60,948 nt of DNA from Verrucomicrobiota bacterium (GTDB lineage Bacteria; Verrucomicrobiota; Verrucomicrobiia; Limisphaerales; CANJSG01): NCBI GenBank assembly GCA_038209745.1, contig JBBQXJ010000018.1, positions 1-60,948 on the forward strand, read 5' to 3'. Positions 56,105 to 60,948 of the stretch are shown here, one piece after another; positions within the stretch are counted from its first letter, which is position 1; each line of letters starts with the position of its first letter. The translations under genes were made by a program, and so were the position numbers. The notes below the pieces were generated by a model, which saw nothing but the letters and a program-made list of their open reading frames with translations, ran no database searches and was not told the DNA's origin.

Positions 56105-58315
56105 CTACTCCAGGACGAAACTCGCGTCGGAGCGCAGCCGGACGGCGTCGGGCATTTTCTGCGGATTGAGCCGGACGAGGACGCGGTGTTTGCCGGCGGC
56201 GAGGTCGGTCTTGGAATCGCCGGCATCACCGATCTTTTTCCCGTCGACCCAAAGTTCCGCAGCGGGCGCTTCGAGCTGGAACTTCACTGGGCCGGCTTGG
56301 GCGAGGTTGATCTCGGTGGCGGCGCAGATGGCCAAGGTGCCGACCCACGCATCGCGCCGGGTCGATTCTTCGATCAACGGGCGGGTGAGCTGGCCGTTGA
56401 CGAGGGAGAAGGTGTCGCTCCAAGGGCTACCAGTGAGCGGGGCGTCCCAGATGAGGTGGCTGCGGCCGTTTTGCTGGTCGGTGTGGGACAGGGCGAAGAG
56501 GCGCCACTTGCGGGCCACGCCGCCTTTCGACGCGTCGAAGTCGCCGGGTTTGCCGAGGCGAGAGAGGAAGGCGAAGAGGTCGAGCTGTTCCTGCGCGTTT
56601 AGGGCGTCGAGCAGGCCGGAGGGCATGAGCGACACGGCGGACTGTTCGCGCTTGGCCACGTCCGCTTTGGGCACGGACTGTTCCTGGCCGGCGGCGTTCC
56701 GGAGGACGATCTCCTGCGAGGTTTCGCGGGCGAGCGTTCCGCTGAATTCGTCGCCGCCCTTGGTCGTTAGAATGAGCGCGGAGTAGCCCTCCTTGATCTT
56801 GGCGTTGGGCAGGAGGACGGATTCGACGAGGTAGTCGATGGGCGCGCTGGCGCCGATGCTGGTCATGTCGGGGCCGACCTTGCCGCCGGCGCCGCCAATG
56901 GCGTGGCAGCTCGTGCAGGCGAGATTGGCGCGGCGGAAGACCATTTCGCCACGATGCGGATCACCCGTGGCGGCGGCCTTGGCGGCGAGATCCTTGATGA
57001 GCTGCGCGGTGAAGGTCTGGGTGTCGGCGGACAGGCCGGACGACTTGGCCAAGGCAGTGACGAGCTCGAGATCGCTGCGGCCGCCTTCGCGGGCGACGCG
57101 CATGCCGGCGCGGGCGGCGGCTTGGGGAAGGCCGCTCTCGGGCAGGGCTTCGGCAATGGCCTTGCCGGCACCTTTCACGCTCAGCACAGAACGCCAGAAA
57201 TCCTGGGCCTGGGTCTCGTCGTTGAGCGAACGGGCGACATCGACGATGGAGGGGACGGCGTGTCCGAGATTGAGCGCGGCAAACGAGGCGACGGCTTGCC
57301 GACGGACATCGGCCGGCTGGTCGGCGGCGCTGAGTTTGGCCAGCGCATCCAACGCGCCGGGGCCGCCGATGGAACGGAGGGTGTCGAAGGCGGCCGACCG
57401 GGTCGCTGCGGACGAATTCGGTGCGCCCGCGAGCTGGACGATCTTCGCGAAGTGCGGACCGACATCCTTCCATTCACCGGCGAGCTTCAGGGCTTCGATC
57501 CGGACAGGCTCGGAAGCGGAGTCGAAGAGTTGGCCGAGGCCGGTGGTGGAGCCGGCCGGTTTGAGTTTGCGGATGCGGGTGGCGTCGGTCAGGGAACGAA
57601 GCGCGCGCGCGGCGGCGGTGTCGCTGAAGCCACCGTTGAGGGCCTGGGTGAAAAGCGTGCTCAGTTCGGTCGGGGTGCCGGCGGCGCCGATGAGCTCGAT
57701 CCAAGGGCCGGAGCCTTCGCGGTCGAGCGCGGCTTTGGAGGCGAACTGGCCGAGGACGCGGCTGGCTTGTTCGGGTCGGATGGAACGGAGGGCGAACTCG
57801 AGCTGCTTCTCGTGGCCGGCGGGTTTCCAGGACCCGTCCTGGAGCGCGGCGATCCAGGGTTCCGACAGGTCGTTGATCGTGAGCCAGAGCGCGTAGTCGA
57901 GCGTCGGATCCATGGGCTGGTCGAGCACGCCCAGCGCGACGGCGGCGGATTCGGCGGTGGGGATCTTGGCGAGGGCGCGGAGGGCTTCGAGCCGGACCTT
58001 GGGCGAGGTGTCGTGGACCAACACGGACAAGGTGTCGAGGCGGGCATCTCGGGGCTCGGCGGCGGAGCCGGTAAGCGCGATCGCGAGCGTTAGTGACAGT
58101 GCGAGACGGGGAACAAGGCTAGCCCTTTTCAACCACAGATGGACACAGATGAACACAGATCCGAAGCGACGGACCCCCGCTTGGATGGAACTCATGGGCA
58201 GTCTCGAATGGGTTCCAGGATACGCCTGCGCTTTCCCCATCGGTGCGAATCTGTGTCCATCTGTGGTTTCAGACGGGGTGTGCCGGCTCAGAGGTTTCAT
58301 GGGTGAGGTGGACAT
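56105..58315 (-). CDS. HEAT-repeat/c-type cytochrome protein (C-terminal half of a PVC-type heme-binding protein)
   Basis: GD..RG..VF, CTSCH heme motif, GPD...IG, P...IK.GY, S.MP.GL; has its own hydrophobic leader. Confidence 0.88.
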   Translation of the reverse strand: MSTSPMKPLSRHTPSETTDGHRFAPMGKAQAYPGTHSRLPMSSIQAGVRRFGSVFICVHLWLKRASLVPRLALSLTLAIALTGSAAEPRDARLDTLSVLVHDTSPKVRLEALRALAKIPTAESAAVALGVLDQPMDPTLDYALWLTINDLSEPWIAALQDGSWKPAGHEKQLEFALRSIRPEQASRVLGQFASKAALDREGSGPWIELIGAAGTPTELSTLFTQALNGGFSDTAAARALRSLTDATRIRKLKPAGSTTGLGQLFDSASEPVRIEALKLAGEWKDVGPHFAKIVQLAGAPNSSAATRSAAFDTLRSIGGPGALDALAKLSAADQPADVRRQAVASFAALNLGHAVPSIVDVARSLNDETQAQDFWRSVLSVKGAGKAIAEALPESGLPQAAARAGMRVAREGGRSDLELVTALAKSSGLSADTQTFTAQLIKDLAAKAAATGDPHRGEMVFRRANLACTSCHAIGGAGGKVGPDMTSIGASAPIDYLVESVLLPNAKIKEGYSALILTTKGGDEFSGTLARETSQEIVLRNAAGQEQSVPKADVAKREQSAVSLMPSGLLDALNAQEQLDLFAFLSRLGKPGDFDASKGGVARKWRLFALSHTDQQNGRSHLIWDAPLTGSPWSDTFSLVNGQLTRPLIEESTRRDAWVGTLAICAATEINLAQAGPVKFQLEAPAAELWVDGKKIGDAGDSKTDLAAGKHRVLVRLNPQKMPDAVRLRSDASFVLE
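58131..58268. repeat. AACCACAGAT-family element of 138 bp (46 codons), in frame in the leader of 56105-58315
   Basis: aaccacagatggacacagatgaacacagat / atcggtgcgaatctgtgtccatctgtggtt. Confidence 0.9.
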
Positions 58316-58320
58316 GGGAT

Positions 58321-60723
58321 TCAGCGGCTGAGTTGGCGGGCGGCGGCAGTGCGGAGTTCCGGGTTCTTGTCGCGGGCGACGGCGGCGACGAGTTCGGCGT
58401 CGGGCTGCTCGAAGGCTTCATACAGCCACATCGCTTCGAGCTTGGCGCGGGGATCGGTCTGCTGGGCGAGCCACGGTTTTACGGAGGCGAGCACCCTGTC
58501 GGCGCCCATTTGGCGGAGGACGACGCGGGACTGTTCCTGTTCCCAACCGTTCTTGGACAGCGTGCCGTCGAGCAACTCCGAGACCGACCGCTTGGTGAGA
58601 TCCGGAGCCTTGACGGCCCTGGTGCCTTTCACCGCCACGCGCCAGATGCGGCCGTGTTCCTTGTCGCGGCGCGGGTCGCGGAAATCCACTTCGCCGTGCT
58701 GGATGATGGGGTTCGACCAGTCGGCGATGTAGAGCGCGCCGTCGGGTCCGAAGCGCAGGTCGATGGGACGGAAGGTGACGTTGGTCGAGCGGAGCAGATC
58801 GGGCATCTCCTTGGTCTGATAGCTGGAGCCCACTTCGTTCATCTTGAAGCGGACGACGCGGTGCGCGCGGAAGTCGCAGGTGATGGCGTCGCCCTGCCAA
58901 TCAGCGGGGAAAGCCGGGCTGTGGACGAGTTCGAGACTGGCGAACTTCGGATAGTTCCCCGCGCTGATGCTGTCGGCTTCGCGGCGCATGTCGGAGTAGG
59001 TGAAGTAGGTCGCGCCCTCCATGATGTGGTAGACGCCCTTGCCGCCAGCGCCGTCGGTGAAGAACTCGTTGCCGTATTGGTCCCAGTGATGGCCCCAGGG
59101 ATTGCAGCCGCCCTTGGCGAAGACCTCCAGCCGCCACGTGTCGGGATTGAAGCGCCAGATGCCGCCGCTGTTCAGCGTGCGCACGCCCCACGGCGTCTCG
59201 ATGTGGGTGTGGGTGTAGATCGACTGGTTGAAATACATGTGGCCGTCATAGCCCCAGCGCAGGGTGTGCAGATTGTGGTGCGTGTCCTCGGTGCCGAAGC
59301 TGGAGAGCACGATGGTCTTCTTGTCCGAGACGCCGTCGCCGTTCGTGTCGGCGAAGTGGAGGAGCTGATGGCTGGCGGCCACGTAGCAACCGCCGCGATC
59401 ATCGGGCAACACGCCGGTGGGAATGACAAGGCCGACGGCGAAGGTCGTGTGCTTGTCGGCGACGCCGTCGCCGTTGGTGTCCTCCAGCACGACGATGGAA
59501 TCGGTGGCGGGCTGGCCGGGAGCGATCAAGGGATAGACCTCGGACGACGCGATCCAGAGCCGGCCGCGCGCGTCCCAGTTCATCTGAATGGGCTTGTGGA
59601 GCAGCGGATTCTCGGCCCAGAGGGTGGCTTCAAAGCCATCGGCGATGTCGAAGGTGGGCGTCGGCTGTTCGGTCTTCGGTTGGGGGACGGAGTGCTGGGC
59701 GGCGGCTTCGGCGGCGAGCAGATCCTTCACTTCCTGGACCGTGGCGGGATCCTGATGCTTCAGGTCGCGCAGCTTGGCGATGCGCGCATCCCAAGCGGCG
59801 ATGAGAGGGTCGAACTTGGGAATCTCGGCGCCGTTCTGGCCTTGCTCGTGTTTGCGGAAGCCGAAGAGGTAGGTCCAGTTCTCGGGACGCCAACGGTGGA
59901 AGAAGAGCTCGTTCTTTTTGAGGATGGCGGAATGGAGGAGTTCCTCTTCCTCTCGTGGACCGACGGTCAGGTTGCCGGAAAGGTCTCTCACGCTCTGCTG
60001 CGCCACGAGATCATTGCCTGACGGCGTCAAATTGACGCCGTCCTCGCTTCGCCCCGCCCCCGCCGGTTGGACGTCGTATTTCATCGGTCCAGCCGGCACG
60101 TTGAAGCTGACAAATCGGGCATTCCGGTCAGTGGCGATTCCTTGGACGGCTTGTTGCACCCGATGGCGGCGAGTGTTGTCGGCGTCAATCTCAGGGAAAG
60201 ACCCGGAGCGTCCTGGCCAATTCAGCGTCGGCCCCATCAACACAAACCTCACCTTCTGCCCGCTGACCTCGTCGATGGCGTCCATCAGCGTGCCTAGGTC
60301 TTTCTTGAACTTCTCCAGCTTGGCCGGTTGGTCTTCGGGTTTGGTCTCCGCCAGTTCCAGCGCCTCGGTCATGCCGTAGCTGAGGAAGGCGACGGTGGGC
60401 TTCACCAGGGCGACCTGTTCCTTGACCCGCTTGAGCCATTCGGTCTCGGGCTTGTTCCAGTCGAAGCTGGCGCGGGCCCGGCCCATCGGCGAATCGGCGG
60501 CCCAGCCGAGATTGCGGAAGGTGACGTTGCGGGCGGGGAAGGCGGCGGTCAGACGCGTCTCGATCCAGCCGTAGTCGCCTTCGCGCTCGAAGAAGGTGTC
60601 GCCGATGAAGAGCACGCGGTCGCCGTCCTTCAGCTCGAAGGGCTCGGCGGCATGGATCGAACGCGGGCAGAAGAGAGCCAGGACCAAGAGCAGGCCGGGC
60701 AGGATGCGGGTGAGCGGTTGCAT
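58321..60723 (-). CDS. SGNH-like + beta-propeller dehydrogenase-domain protein (N-terminal half of a PVC-type heme-binding protein)
   Basis: Signal peptide from ATG 60723; FRNLGW, KPIQMNWD.RGRLW, LEDTNGDG.ADK, EDTHH, FRP.D...GPDGALY.ADW, HGRIWR. Confidence 0.88.
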   Translation of the reverse strand: MQPLTRILPGLLLVLALFCPRSIHAAEPFELKDGDRVLFIGDTFFEREGDYGWIETRLTAAFPARNVTFRNLGWAADSPMGRARASFDWNKPETEWLKRVKEQVALVKPTVAFLSYGMTEALELAETKPEDQPAKLEKFKKDLGTLMDAIDEVSGQKVRFVLMGPTLNWPGRSGSFPEIDADNTRRHRVQQAVQGIATDRNARFVSFNVPAGPMKYDVQPAGAGRSEDGVNLTPSGNDLVAQQSVRDLSGNLTVGPREEEELLHSAILKKNELFFHRWRPENWTYLFGFRKHEQGQNGAEIPKFDPLIAAWDARIAKLRDLKHQDPATVQEVKDLLAAEAAAQHSVPQPKTEQPTPTFDIADGFEATLWAENPLLHKPIQMNWDARGRLWIASSEVYPLIAPGQPATDSIVVLEDTNGDGVADKHTTFAVGLVIPTGVLPDDRGGCYVAASHQLLHFADTNGDGVSDKKTIVLSSFGTEDTHHNLHTLRWGYDGHMYFNQSIYTHTHIETPWGVRTLNSGGIWRFNPDTWRLEVFAKGGCNPWGHHWDQYGNEFFTDGAGGKGVYHIMEGATYFTYSDMRREADSISAGNYPKFASLELVHSPAFPADWQGDAITCDFRAHRVVRFKMNEVGSSYQTKEMPDLLRSTNVTFRPIDLRFGPDGALYIADWSNPIIQHGEVDFRDPRRDKEHGRIWRVAVKGTRAVKAPDLTKRSVSELLDGTLSKNGWEQEQSRVVLRQMGADRVLASVKPWLAQQTDPRAKLEAMWLYEAFEQPDAELVAAVARDKNPELRTAAARQLSR

Positions 60724-60830
60724 GGGCTGGTGGTGAGAGACGTCGGCGAGCCTTGCGGCATTCGAGAGGAGGCGCAAGCCGGACCAAGAACGATGTATCG
60801 AATCCGGCCGGCAGAGGCACTTTTGAGGTG

Positions 60831-60852
60831 GGACTGCGCTGCCGCGCAGTCC
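60831..60852. repeat. REP-like hairpin, same family as 44074-44099
   Basis: ggactgcgc-tgcc-gcgcagtcc. Confidence 0.65.
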
Positions 60853-60948
60853 TGATCTCCGTCCCAAGCGCAGCGCGGGACGAACCAGACCCTCTGCCGG
60901 GACAGGCCCATTGAAACGAGGGAGCCCCTCACCCGGGTTTCAGCCACC

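Noticed and set aside
58316..58323. TGA readthrough (Trp/Sec) joining the two heme-protein halves
   Set aside because: The downstream ORF is in a different frame and has its own leader; other genes use TGA as a normal stop.

Overview
GC-rich bacterial chromosomal segment. The gene repertoire (PEP-CTERM protein, PVC-type heme protein, LamG/Ig/cohesin surface protein, BatA/DUF58 cluster) suggests Verrucomicrobiota; this is an inference. About 42 genes: housekeeping (dnaG, valS, ileS, holB, fba, cysC, thiG, trpA, manC, heptose kinase), large secreted proteins, a UPF0175/DUF3368 TA-like pair, one frameshifted gene and one collapsed gene remnant. No rRNA, tRNA, CRISPR, integrase or transposase was recognised. 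The most striking signal is a set of short palindromic REP/MITE-like repeat families. They fill intergenic gaps but also sit in frame inside proteins: three in valS, two in ileS (partly at the homologous loops) and two in signal-peptide regions. valS also carries a 99-codon low-GC foreign-looking segment. A 37-aa chimeric ORF (manC-like start fused to trpA-like end) marks how the TA pair entered the trpA-manC gap. Three unrelated exported proteins share a C-terminal W..LQ..W..RL..P motif that may be a sorting domain.
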